Assembly (NCBI GenBank): GCA_963666485.2
Contig: CAXXUO010000003.1
Span: 128,001-192,000, forward strand
DNA length: 64,000 nucleotides
Reading direction: 5' to 3'
Source of the DNA: Syntrophorhabdaceae bacterium
Lineage (GTDB): Bacteria; Desulfobacterota; Syntrophorhabdia; Syntrophorhabdales; Syntrophorhabdaceae
How positions within the stretch are numbered: the stretch's first letter is position 1; every line of letters begins with the position of its first letter. This document shows positions 18,933 through 28,521 of this stretch, piece by piece. Below the pieces are notes generated by a model, which saw only the letters and a list, made by a program, of their open reading frames with translations, ran no database searches and had not been told where the DNA came from. A program made the translations under genes and the position numbers.

Positions 18933-19298
18933 GGTTCAAAGTTCAAAGATCAAAGTTCAACGTAAAAAAAGACAAGATTCACTATATCTTTTACGAGTTA
19001 ATCGGAAATTTTTCAATTCTTTTAACGTTAATAATTGATTTGTTTACATAGGGTATCTGAAAATGTCTGGATACCCTTTTTCCCCCGTCATTCCGGCTTG
19101 CCGGAATCCAGTGTCTTTGTTTGGCCTGTCCTCAAAATAGTTCAAATGCCATTTGTCCCTTTTTAATTGTCAAGCCTGCGGTGAAAACATTACAAGACGC
19201 TGGATTCCGCCGCAAAAGCCGGCGGAATGACGGTGGTTGGGTTAATTGTGGAGCAGTTACTTCGCAGATGAAAAACCTTGAACATTGAACCTTGAACC
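18933..19298. repeat. GGTTCAA fold-back element enclosing a CGTC-REP doublet (19086-19232)
   Basis: Heptamer arms at 18933-18960 and 19275-19298; inner CGTCATTCCGG...GGAATGACG pair. Confidence 0.88.
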
Positions 19299-19302
19299 GC
19301 TT

Positions 19303-20056
19303 TTACCCGTATCTTCCCGTTATATACCCCTCCGTCCTCTCATCCTTCGGCGAGGTGAATATCTGCGATGTCTCCCCGAATTCCACGAGGTCTCCGAGGA
19401 GCATGAAGCCGGTATAATCCGAGACACCGCGCGGCCTGCTGCATATTGTGGGTCACGATAAGGATGGTGTACCGTTCCTTGAGCTCTATCATGAGCTCCT
19501 CTATGCGCATCGTCGCTATGGGGTCGAGAGCGGAGCAGGGCTCGTCGAGAAGGATGATCTCGGGTTCCACGGTGAGGAGGCGTGCAATGCACAGGCGCTG
19601 CTTCATTTCTTCCGAGAGATCGAGCGCCGGCGCATGAAGCTTGTCTTTGAGCTCTTCGAGAAGCCCTACCGAGTGAAGGCAGCGGTCGACTATTTCCCGC
19701 ATGGTCCGCCGGTTAGCCATGCCGTGGACCTTAAGGCCGTATACCATATTCTCGTATATCGTGAAGGGAAAAGGGTTCGGCCTCTGAAAGACCATGCCTA
19801 CTTTTTTCCGGAGGTTGATTATGTCGATGTCCCGCAACCGTTCATCATGTACGTAGATCTCGCCCTCGATGCGGACGTCTTCCTGGAGGTCGTTCATGCG
19901 GTTGAAGCAGCGAAGCAGGGTAGATTTTCCACAGCCGGACGGCCCGATAAGTGCGGTGATCGCCCGGGAATACACATGGAAACCGACATCCTTGAGGGCG
20001 TGAAAATCCCCGTAATAAAGGTTGAGCTTATCAGTCCGCAGGGCAAATCTGTCCAT
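19303..20056 (-). CDS. pstB: Phosphate ABC ATPase PstB2 with one +1 frameshift near 19428 and a degenerate signature (LSEEM)
   Basis: [26 protein letters not shown]; removing one G restores [18 protein letters not shown]...[12 protein letters not shown]. Confidence 0.9.
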
Positions 20057-20814
20057 TATCCAAATTTCCCCTGGATGTAGTCTTCGGTCTGCCTCTCGGC
20101 GGGTGCCATGAAAACCTTGTCGGTCGTATCGTATTCGATCAATTCCCCGAGATAAAAGAACGCCGAGAAATCGCTGATCCGTGCTATTTGCTTCGTGTTG
20201 TTGGATACGAGAATGATCGTATAGTCCGATTTCAGCTCGCTCAACGCATCCTCTATCTTTGCCGTCGATATCGGGTCGAGCCCGGAACAGGGTTCGTCGA
20301 GAAGGATGATCTCCGGTTTCAGGGCAAGGGTCCGCGCAAGGCACAACCGCTGCTGCTGGCCGCCCGATAATTTCAGCGCCGATGTGCCGAGCCTGTCCTT
20401 GACCTCGTCCCAGAGAAAGGCCTTCTTGAGGCAATCCTCGGCGATACGGTACAGGGTGGTCCTGTCTGAGATTCCTTTCAATCTGGGGCCGTACGCAATA
20501 TTTTCAAAAATGGAGCGGGGAAGGGGGATCGGCACGGCAAAGACGGTCCCGACGCGGCGCCTCAGTTCGATCGGGTTGATGCTGCCGTCCAGGATGCTTG
20601 TGTCATCGATTTTCGCATCACCCTCGATCTTCACGTTGTTCTCGAAATCTATCATCCGGTTGATGACGGAGATGAGGGTCGATTTACCGCTGCCGGAGGG
20701 GCCCATGAACCCGGTGATCGTATTCTTCTGCACCTTGATGGTAACATCTTTCAGCACCAGTGCCGTGCCGAAAGATACCCTCAATTTTTCTATCGCTATC
20801 TTGGTTTCCATCAC
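20056..20814 (-). CDS. pstB: Phosphate ABC ATPase PstB1 (Q-loop and H-loop degenerate)
   Basis: [29 protein letters not shown]. Confidence 0.93.
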   Translation of the reverse strand: MMETKIAIEKLRVSFGTALVLKDVTIKVQKNTITGFMGPSGSGKSTLISVINRMIDFENNVKIEGDAKIDDTSILDGSINPIELRRRVGTVFAVPIPLPRSIFENIAYGPRLKGISDRTTLYRIAEDCLKKAFLWDEVKDRLGTSALKLSGGQQQRLCLARTLALKPEIILLDEPCSGLDPISTAKIEDALSELKSDYTIILVSNNTKQIARISDFSAFFYLGELIEYDTTDKVFMAPAERQTEDYIQGKFG

Positions 20815-20817
20815 TGC

Positions 20818-21654
20818 CTATGAATATCTCGCGATCGTTTTGTTCATAATGTAGTACGCGATAATGTTAATAAATAGAATGCTCAGGACCAGCACGACCG
20901 CTGTCCCGTATGCCTTCTCCATTGATATGCCTTCCCGAGCCAAAATGTAGAAGTGAACGGCCATCGTCCTTCCGGATTCCATGAGCGAGAGCGGCAGGCG
21001 CAGTGAGCTTCCCATCGTGAAGATGATAGCGGCCGTTTCCCCGACAGCCCTGCCGATGCTCAGCATGATCCCTGTCAATATGCCCGGCATAGCGGCGGGG
21101 AGGACAACCTTTTTAATAGTCTCCCATTTGCTTGCGCTCAATGAATAACTGACTATTCTGAGTTGGCGCGGGACCGAACGGATCGCCTCCTCGGATGTCC
21201 TGATGATCGTAGGCAGGATCATGATCGTGAGTGTCAGGACGCCTGCAAGCAGGGACCAGCCCATCCTGAGCTTGATGACGAAGAAGATGAACCCGAAAAG
21301 GCCGTACAGGATCGAAGGGATGCCGGCAAGGGATTCGACGCCGAAGCGTATCAGTTTGGTAAACGCCGATTCGCGGGTGTATTCCGTGAGGAAGATCGCC
21401 GTTCCCACGCCGAGCGGAGTTGCAAGGAGTATGGAAAGGAGGGCGAGTTGTATCGTGCCCACTATCGCAGGGAATATGCCGCCGTGCCTTCCCATGTCCT
21501 GCGGGAACGAAAGGATAAAACCGAAATCGACCTGGGGGAAACCCTTGAAGAAGATTATCCCGATGATGACGACCAGTATAGCCACGGTGAAATATGCCTG
21601 GCCAACAAGCCCCCATCGGACAACGGTGTTGATTATCCTGGGATTGATCCTCAT
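20818..21654 (-). CDS. pstA: Phosphate ABC permease PstA
   Basis: LAGIPSILYGLFG, GRAVGETAA. Confidence 0.95.
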   Translation of the reverse strand: MRINPRIINTVVRWGLVGQAYFTVAILVVIIGIIFFKGFPQVDFGFILSFPQDMGRHGGIFPAIVGTIQLALLSILLATPLGVGTAIFLTEYTRESAFTKLIRFGVESLAGIPSILYGLFGFIFFVIKLRMGWSLLAGVLTLTIMILPTIIRTSEEAIRSVPRQLRIVSYSLSASKWETIKKVVLPAAMPGILTGIMLSIGRAVGETAAIIFTMGSSLRLPLSLMESGRTMAVHFYILAREGISMEKAYGTAVVLVLSILFINIIAYYIMNKTIARYS

Positions 21655-22514
21655 TTCGCGATCTTCCTTTTTATCCCGAAGTTTGCAATGTAATTCAGCG
21701 CCATGATGATGATCATCAGGACAATGCCTGTCGAAAAGAGGGCCAGCCGGTGGTCACCTGTCGCATAGGCGAGCTCCAGTGCAATATTCCCGGTCAGCGT
21801 CCTCAAAGGATCGAGAAGGCTCGTCGGTATTTTCAACGCGTTCCCCGCGATCATGATGACCGCCATTGTCTCGCCAATGGCCCGGCCCATGCCGAGGATG
21901 AAACTCGCGAGTATGCCCGATTTTGCCGAAGGCAGTATTACCTTATAGATGGTTTGCCATTTTGTTGCACCCATGGCTGCCGAAGCCTCCCGATACGTTT
22001 TTGGGACACTGACGAGCGAATCGAACGTGATGCTGATTATGGTCGGCAGTATCATGATGCCAAGAACGAGCGAGGTAGATATAAGGGAAAATCCCGATCC
22101 CCCCAGGTAATTTCGCACGAGGGGCACGATGTATATGACGCCGAGAAAACCGAAGACGACGGACGGGATGCCCGCCAGGAGTTCGATCGCCGGCTTGAGG
22201 AGCATCTTCATGCGTTTGCCGGAATATTCGGACAGGTAGATTGCGCAGGAAAGCCCCAGCGGGGCACCTATGACGAGAGCGCCGATTGTAACGAGAAATG
22301 ACGAGATTATCATAGGGAATATGCCGAAATACCCTTTGGTCGGCGCCCATTTCATGCCAAGTATGATCTTCTTTACGCCGACCTTCAGGAAAAGCGGCAA
22401 CCCCTCACCAAGGATAAATGCAAAAATCAGGAAGAGGAAAAGGAGCGATGACAGCGCAAATGCGACAAGGACCCATTTGACGAAATGTTCCTTCAGTACC
22501 GTCCTGTCAATCAT
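21651..22514 (-). CDS. pstC: Phosphate ABC permease PstC
   Basis: ELLAGIPSVVFG, GRAIGETMAV. Confidence 0.95.
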   Translation of the reverse strand: MIDRTVLKEHFVKWVLVAFALSSLLFLFLIFAFILGEGLPLFLKVGVKKIILGMKWAPTKGYFGIFPMIISSFLVTIGALVIGAPLGLSCAIYLSEYSGKRMKMLLKPAIELLAGIPSVVFGFLGVIYIVPLVRNYLGGSGFSLISTSLVLGIMILPTIISITFDSLVSVPKTYREASAAMGATKWQTIYKVILPSAKSGILASFILGMGRAIGETMAVIMIAGNALKIPTSLLDPLRTLTGNIALELAYATGDHRLALFSTGIVLMIIIMALNYIANFGIKRKIAK

Positions 22515-23319
22515 TGACACCCACCAGGCCTTCATTCTTCAATATCCGCTGGCCGTCCCGGGAGAGCACGTAATTGATGAACCTCCGGGCCTTCGCATTA
22601 GGCTCGCCGTTCGTAAGATAAAGGAAGGGCCGTACGATCTTGTATTTTCCGGCCCGTATCGTCTTTATGGACGGATGTATCCCGTTTATCGATACGGGTT
22701 TTACTTTTTTGTCGACAAGTCCCATGGAAATATACCCGATCGCATACGGGTCTGTTGCGACCACTTCTTTCACGGAACCGTTGGAGTCCTGGACCATCGT
22801 GGAATCATTGATCTCCTTATTTTTCATGACCAGTTCCTCAAAGGCTCCCCGGGTCCCCGATCCTTCCTCGCGCGAGACCGCGTCGATCTTCCTGTTGACC
22901 CATCCCAGCTGATGCCAGTTCGAGATGGTCCCGCTGAAGATGCCGCGGACCTGGTCCAGCGTCAATGCTGTGACCGGGTTGTCTTTGTGGACGACGACAG
23001 CAATGCCATCGTGACAGATAATGATCCTGTTCAGCGTTTTTTCGTCATCTTTCAATTCGCGGGATGACATCCCGATATCGACTGTCCTGTTGATCGTTGC
23101 CTGTATCCCTGCGGTAGACCCTCCACCCTGAACATCGATAATGATATCCTTATGGTCTATCATGAAATGCTCTGCCAATTTTTCCGTAAAGGGCATGACG
23201 GATGTCGACCCGGCAATGGTGATCGTCTGTTTCCCGGTGTTCCTGCTGTTTTCGCCGCAGGAAATGAAAAGTACCGGGACCAGCGTGAGCAGGACAAACC
23301 ATCTCAGGCATATCAGCAT
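22507..23319 (-). CDS. pstS: Phosphate-binding lipoprotein PstS
   Basis: Lipobox-like FISC, AGSTSV, GGGSTAG, SREEGSGTRGAF. Confidence 0.95.
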   Translation of the reverse strand: MLICLRWFVLLTLVPVLFISCGENSRNTGKQTITIAGSTSVMPFTEKLAEHFMIDHKDIIIDVQGGGSTAGIQATINRTVDIGMSSRELKDDEKTLNRIIICHDGIAVVVHKDNPVTALTLDQVRGIFSGTISNWHQLGWVNRKIDAVSREEGSGTRGAFEELVMKNKEINDSTMVQDSNGSVKEVVATDPYAIGYISMGLVDKKVKPVSINGIHPSIKTIRAGKYKIVRPFLYLTNGEPNAKARRFINYVLSRDGQRILKNEGLVGVND

Positions 23320-23324
23320 ACGGT

Positions 23325-24005
23325 TTATTCCTGGGGCTCCTTAATATGCCGGATGATCTTTCCCTCGACGAGAAAGACGACAAGTTCCGCTATATTCACC
23401 GCATGATCGGCCATGCGCTCCAGGTATTTCGATATGAAAAGGACCCGGGTTGCCCGCGATATCGTTTTCATGTCCTGCATCATGTATGTCAGGAGCTCGC
23501 GGAAGATCTGGTCGAGAAGCTGGTCGACCATTTGATCGTCCTTCATGACCTTGCGCGCGGTCGCGACGTCCTCATTGACGAACGCTTCCAGGCTTTCCTT
23601 GAGCATTGTCTGTACTGTCTCCGCCATCATCGGGAGATCGATATAGGGCTTCAATATCGGTTCCTGGTTCAATTCCTGGACCCGTTCGCAGATGTTCACC
23701 GCCATGTCGCCGATGCGTTCGAGATCGTAGTTTATTTTTATCGCCGTCGTGATGAAGCGCAGGTCGCGCGCCGCCGGCTGCCGCAGGGCGAGGAGCTTCA
23801 AACAGAACTCGTCTATCTCGACTTCCAGCGCATTGACGATCGGGTCGTCTTCTATGACCCTGTCGGCCAGTTCCGAATTGCGTTCGAGGAGCGCCTTGAT
23901 AGCATTGTTGATAGCCTTTTCAACGAGTCCGCCTTCATAAAGAAGTTTTTCCTTGAGCTCCTTCAATTCAAGATCGAATGTCTTGTAAATATGCCCTTCA
24001 AGCAT
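23325..24005 (-). CDS. phoU: Phosphate uptake regulator PhoU
   Basis: QPAARDLR, DLERIGD, LERMADHAVNIAE. Confidence 0.97.
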   Translation of the reverse strand: MLEGHIYKTFDLELKELKEKLLYEGGLVEKAINNAIKALLERNSELADRVIEDDPIVNALEVEIDEFCLKLLALRQPAARDLRFITTAIKINYDLERIGDMAVNICERVQELNQEPILKPYIDLPMMAETVQTMLKESLEAFVNEDVATARKVMKDDQMVDQLLDQIFRELLTYMMQDMKTISRATRVLFISKYLERMADHAVNIAELVVFLVEGKIIRHIKEPQE

Positions 24006-24076
24006 CGTGTGCCTCCTGCTCTGAATGGCAAGAGTATAGTAGGTTTTGGTAGTGATTACAACGGAAAACGGGGTAT

Positions 24077-24285
24077 GGCCAACGGCTAACGGCTAACGGC
24101 TAACGGCGAAAGGCCCCCCTCTGCCGTCATCCCGGTGCTTGACACCGGGATCCAGCGTCTTTGTTCTTTATTTCTTACAGGCAGGATGAGAAAAAAGGAA
24201 AACCTTGGATCCCGGTGTCAAGCACCGGGATGACGAGAACTGGTAGAGCCTTTGCCGTTAGCCGTTAGCCGTACGCCGTTAGCCG
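24077..24285. repeat. GGCTAAC fold-back element enclosing a CGTC-REP doublet (24125-24235)
   Basis: (GGCTAAC)n left arm and (GTTAGCC)n right arm; inner CGTCATCCCGGTGCTTGACACCGGGATCCA and its reverse complement. Confidence 0.92.
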
Positions 24286-24289
24286 CTTT

Positions 24290-24565
24290 TTATACCACCA
24301 CCACCGAATTGTAGCTGCCGAACTCGTTCATTTCCTTGTGCGGGGATGCCGGGTCCTCGATCCACTGCCCGTCGACGATAAACCGGTATTGATATGCCCC
24401 CTGGGGAAGGGTGATCGTTGTTTTCCAGACCCCTTTCGTATCTTTCTTGAGAGGACGGACCGAGGGGTCCCATGAATTAAATGAACCGGCTATATAGACT
24501 GATTTGGCGCCGGAATCGCTAAATTTAAATGTTATCCGCTTTTTGGTTTCTTTGTCTGCCATCAT
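24290..24565 (-). CDS. Small glycogen-binding (CBM48/AMPK-beta-like) protein
   Basis: VYIAGSFNSW, GAYQYRFIVDGQW, FGSYNSV; RBS AAGGAGG. Confidence 0.9.
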   Translation of the reverse strand: MMADKETKKRITFKFSDSGAKSVYIAGSFNSWDPSVRPLKKDTKGVWKTTITLPQGAYQYRFIVDGQWIEDPASPHKEMNEFGSYNSVVVV

Positions 24566-24703
24566 ACCCTCCTTTTTAGTACTTTTCATATTAGCACAAG
24601 AAGATATGTTTTGCATAGGAAGTGTAGCGATTGAAATGACCGATCAGCCGCAGACGTTTGAAAATGAGTCATCTGCGGCTGATTGGCTTAAAATGGCGGT
24701 GTA

Positions 24704-25891
24704 TTATTTTAATGAAGCCGCGGCCTTCACGATCCTGTCGAGGCCTTTCTGAATGACCTCCATCGAGGTGGCGAACGAAAGCCTCAAATATCCTTCTTTG
24801 CCGAACTCGACCCCGGGGACGACAGCTGTGTGGAACTCATCGAGAAGGACTTCGGTCCACACCGTTGAGTTCTCGATGACCCGGCCATTGTACTTCTTCC
24901 CGAGAACGCAGTTGAAATTGGGGAATACGTAGAATGCCCCGCGCGGGTCATAACAGGTGACGCCCGGTATGTCGCGCAGCCCTTTTACAAGGAAATCCTT
25001 TCTTTTCTTGAATTCCGCGACCATGGTGCCGATGCAGCTCTGATCCCCGTTTAAGGCGGCGACGGCAGCCATCTGCGCGATCGACGTCGGGTTGGAGGTG
25101 CTCTGGCTCTGAATGTTGCCCATTGCCTTGACTATGTCTGCCGGGCCCGCGGTGTAGCCTATCCTCCACCCGGTCATTGCATAGGTCTTTCCGACGCCAT
25201 GACATATAATGGTCCGTTCCTTGAACGCCGGATCGAGTGCGGCGATGCTGACGTGCTCATAGTCATAGACGAGTTTTTCATAGATCTCGTCGGAGATGAG
25301 GAAGAAATTGCGTTCGACGGCCAGCTTGCCGATTGCCTCGAGATTTTCGCGGTAAAAGACCGACCCGACAGGATTTGAGGGGTAATTAAGAACGATCGCC
25401 TTTGTTTTCGGCGTCAGGTATTTTTTGAGCAGCTCAGCCGTGACCTGGTAATCATCTTCCTCTTTTGTCTCCATGATGACGGGTGTGCCGCCTGCAAGCT
25501 CGATCATGGGGGGATAGGACACCCAGAAGGGGGCCGGGACGATGACCTCGTCGCCTTCCTGGAAGAGGACCTGGAAGAGGTTGTAGAGGCTGTGCTTTCC
25601 GCCGCACGAAATGATGATCTCCTCCCGCTTGTAGGAAAGGCCGTTGTCGCGATTGAACTTGTCTATGACCGCATCCTTGAGAGGGTCGATGCCTGCAACC
25701 GGGGTGTACCGGGTGAAATTGTCGTTGATGGCCTTGATGGCTGCTTCTTTAATGTGGTCAGGAGTGTTAAAATCCGGCTCGCCCGCGCCGAACCCGGCTA
25801 TATCTATGCCCTGGGCCTTAAGCGCTTTTTCTTTGGCTGAGATTGCAAGCGTCGGTGAGGGTTTCAGTGAGGCGGCTCTTCTGGATAGCAT
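24704..25891 (-). CDS. PLP-dependent class I aminotransferase (aspartate aminotransferase-like)
   Basis: GAGEPDF, NYPSNP, SDEIY, KTYAMTGWRIG. Confidence 0.93.
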   Translation of the reverse strand: MLSRRAASLKPSPTLAISAKEKALKAQGIDIAGFGAGEPDFNTPDHIKEAAIKAINDNFTRYTPVAGIDPLKDAVIDKFNRDNGLSYKREEIIISCGGKHSLYNLFQVLFQEGDEVIVPAPFWVSYPPMIELAGGTPVIMETKEEDDYQVTAELLKKYLTPKTKAIVLNYPSNPVGSVFYRENLEAIGKLAVERNFFLISDEIYEKLVYDYEHVSIAALDPAFKERTIICHGVGKTYAMTGWRIGYTAGPADIVKAMGNIQSQSTSNPTSIAQMAAVAALNGDQSCIGTMVAEFKKRKDFLVKGLRDIPGVTCYDPRGAFYVFPNFNCVLGKKYNGRVIENSTVWTEVLLDEFHTAVVPGVEFGKEGYLRLSFATSMEVIQKGLDRIVKAAASLK

Positions 25892-25970
25892 GGGGTACTC
25901 CTTTACGTAGTGATATGCCCGATTCAGGCTATAGGGCGGATATGTATTTACCTTATAGGGGAATAACCTG

Positions 25971-27380
25971 TCAATTATAATTTGAATGTGGTTGACAGGT
26001 TTTTTTCACGGTGACTTTTAGAACCCTGCGGGTGTCTTCGGTGAGCTTGTACCTGTCATCGATCCTGTGCCCGACGATCCATATGATGTCGCTGCCGGAG
26101 AGGATCATAGGGACCTGTCTGCGTTCCTTGAGCGGTATCTTGCGGGAGATAAAAAAGTCTTTCACTTTGACCGCCCGGGCGAGCCCCAGGGGCTGAAACC
26201 TGTCACCGGGGCTGAACGTGCGGACTGCCAGGTCACCGCATTTGTCGGCATCAAGGTATGCGGTAAAAGAGCTTTTCGGAAAAGCGGCAGGAATATTCTT
26301 TAAAGTGCTCAAGCGTATTTCTACATCAAGCCGGGGGATCCGATTTGTTCCCATATGGAGTTCCATCGCCTCCCGCATATTTTCGGGCACCGGCTGCGTG
26401 GTAAAAATCAATCTGTCATAGACTTTATTGACCTTAAGGCCGGAGGGCAGATCGAGGTGCAGATTGGGACGCTTTGAGGAGACGATCTTTTCGATGAGAT
26501 GGATGTGTTCCCTTAACGGTACGAACGACGGGGTAAGCCGGGCGAATATATCGGCCGTTACCCGGTATCGGAGCTCATGGTCGAGCTTCGTGAAATACCC
26601 GAGCGGGACGGTAAGCTCCTTCCGGCCTCCCCGGACACGCTTCATAAAAGCATCTTTCTGCCGGTCGAGCGTCGCGTTGACAGCCTGAATATCCGCAAGG
26701 AGGGACGCGATCTTTCCCCGGAAGGCAGGGTTGAGCTCATCGCACAGGGGTACGATCCTGTGGCGGATGTAATTGCGCTCATAAACGATCTTTTCATTGG
26801 ATGAATCTTCGACGAACGCTATGGCGTGCTGCGCTGCGAACGAGGCTATCTCGGAACGATAGACCTCAAGGAACGGCCTGATTATCCTGTCACGTGCGGG
26901 GGGAATGGACGCGAGGCCGCGAAGTCCGGAGCCTTTGACAAGACGGAGAACGAAGGTCTCGATCTGATCGTCGAGGTTATGTGCCGTGGCTATGCGCGTG
27001 AATCCCTCGCGGTCCGCGATATCATCGAGGAACCGGTAGCGGATGTCCCGGCCCGCGTGCTGGAGGGACAGGCCATGAGACGCCGCGTATTCCCTGACAT
27101 TCGCCCTTTCGAGAAAAAAAGGGATTCCGTACCCGGCTGCCGTGTCCCGGACAAAGGCCTCGTCCCGCTCCGACTCGCTGCCGCGCAGGAGATGGTTCAC
27201 GTGGGCCGCACCCAGGCCAAAGTGGACCTCTTTTCTCGCCTCGTTGAGAACGAAGAGCAGCGTCGCAGAGTCGACGCCCCCGGAGCATGCGACGAGGATG
27301 CGGTCGTCCCCGCCGGTGATTCCCCGTTCGCGGATGAGTTTCAGTGTTCTGCGGACAAGGTCTTGAGAGGGATTCAACAC
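25971..27380 (-). CDS. tilS: tRNA(Ile)-lysidine synthetase (probable GTG/TTG start at 27380/27377)
   Basis: SGGVDS PP-loop, AHNLDDQIET, IIRPFL, DSSN, RNYIRH. Confidence 0.95.
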   Translation of the reverse strand: MLNPSQDLVRRTLKLIRERGITGGDDRILVACSGGVDSATLLFVLNEARKEVHFGLGAAHVNHLLRGSESERDEAFVRDTAAGYGIPFFLERANVREYAASHGLSLQHAGRDIRYRFLDDIADREGFTRIATAHNLDDQIETFVLRLVKGSGLRGLASIPPARDRIIRPFLEVYRSEIASFAAQHAIAFVEDSSNEKIVYERNYIRHRIVPLCDELNPAFRGKIASLLADIQAVNATLDRQKDAFMKRVRGGRKELTVPLGYFTKLDHELRYRVTADIFARLTPSFVPLREHIHLIEKIVSSKRPNLHLDLPSGLKVNKVYDRLIFTTQPVPENMREAMELHMGTNRIPRLDVEIRLSTLKNIPAAFPKSSFTAYLDADKCGDLAVRTFSPGDRFQPLGLARAVKVKDFFISRKIPLKERRQVPMILSGSDIIWIVGHRIDDRYKLTEDTRRVLKVTVKKTCQPHSNYN

Positions 27381-27408
27381 GGTTTCTTTGTGATGTTGAG
27401 GAAAGTCG

Positions 27409-27627
27409 TCATGAGCAGCTCGCGCAGTTCGGCGATGAACAACCGCTGCACCCGCCCTGCGGGCCTGCCGATGATCTGAACTTCGATCCCGAGGAGAACC
27501 CGAAAGATGACATATTTTTCTGCGGTTCCCTGTCGCCGCATTCCGGGCATTCCGGTGTATCGTCGCCAAAGATTATAACCTCGAATTCGCAGCCGCATTT
27601 CCGGCACGTATATTCGTATATAGGCAT
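27409..27627 (-). CDS. FmdB-family zinc-ribbon protein
   Basis: MPIYEYTCRKCGCEFE...CPECG; Cys-rich tail. Confidence 0.92.
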   Translation of the reverse strand: MPIYEYTCRKCGCEFEVIIFGDDTPECPECGDREPQKNMSSFGFSSGSKFRSSAGPQGGCSGCSSPNCASCS

Positions 27628-27639
27628 GGAAACCTCCTG

Positions 27640-28521
27640 CTACCGCTTCTTCTTGATCTCGCCCGTGAGGTCCGTGATCAGCCGGCTCAATGACTCGCTA
27701 TACCGCCCCCTGACATTGTCGTCAACCTCCATGGTCCCGGCGCGTTCGGCAAAGGAAAGGGCACGGGTGAACATATTCTTGAAATAAAAATAATTTGCCG
27801 AGGCAAACAGGTACAGGAACTGGGCGTTCACATCCGCATTATCCGTCCGGATGATCCGCTTGAAAAGCGTCCTGGCATTCTCGAAGTATTCGCTGTCGAG
27901 ATAACTGGCGGCGGTTTTGTGCATCAGGCGCTTTCTCCCGTCCGCATATATCATTGACAGTATGTCGTGAAATCCTTTCCTTCCATACGTTTTCAACAGG
28001 AGCTTTTCGTTCTCGTATAAGAAACGGGGGAGAAGATAATTGTCCTTGTAAAGTACGATAAGGTCTTTCAGTTGTTCAACGAGCTCATTGCTTAAGATCG
28101 CCACCTCTTTGAACTCTTCCTTCAGGCGCGCCTGCGCCTTGCGTACGAGGATGCCGATCTCGTTGACTATTTTGCGCTCCTGCGGGCTCAAATCCTGCAG
28201 GGCTATTTCCGACTGGGGCTGATAGTACCGCAGCAGGTAAAGGTTCTCCCGGAGCTTCATTGCCCCGTGGAACGTATAGCCCACCGTTATGTCGAACAGT
28301 TTTTCCTTGTAGCTTGCCTCGATCGAATTGCGGTAGAGGTCATGGCACATTTCCTTGAGCCTGAATAAACAGCTCCTGCCGCGGTCGTCGACAAAATCCT
28401 GGATGTTCTCAAAGAACAGCTTTTGCTGACGCAGCAGGGCCTTGCACTCCCGTGCCTTCTCATATACACATAAAGATTCCCTGATCAGGTCTATCTGTTT
28501 CTTGTCAAGATTCGTTACCAT
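27640..28521 (-). CDS. Hypothetical helical protein, possibly TPR-like at the C-terminus
   Basis: 293-aa ORF overlapping the ftsH end, with RBS GAGGAGGG. Confidence 0.75.
   Translation of the reverse strand: MVTNLDKKQIDLIRESLCVYEKARECKALLRQQKLFFENIQDFVDDRGRSCLFRLKEMCHDLYRNSIEASYKEKLFDITVGYTFHGAMKLRENLYLLRYYQPQSEIALQDLSPQERKIVNEIGILVRKAQARLKEEFKEVAILSNELVEQLKDLIVLYKDNYLLPRFLYENEKLLLKTYGRKGFHDILSMIYADGRKRLMHKTAASYLDSEYFENARTLFKRIIRTDNADVNAQFLYLFASANYFYFKNMFTRALSFAERAGTMEVDDNVRGRYSESLSRLITDLTGEIKKKR

Noticed and set aside
20057..20434. N-terminal part of the 364-aa ORF 19340-20434
   Set aside because: Alternate frame of pstB1; pstB2 starts at the TAATG overlap at 20056
27381..27569. N-terminal extension of the 532-aa TilS ORF
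   Set aside because: Overlaps the FmdB-family gene in another frame; TilS-like sequence starts near 27380
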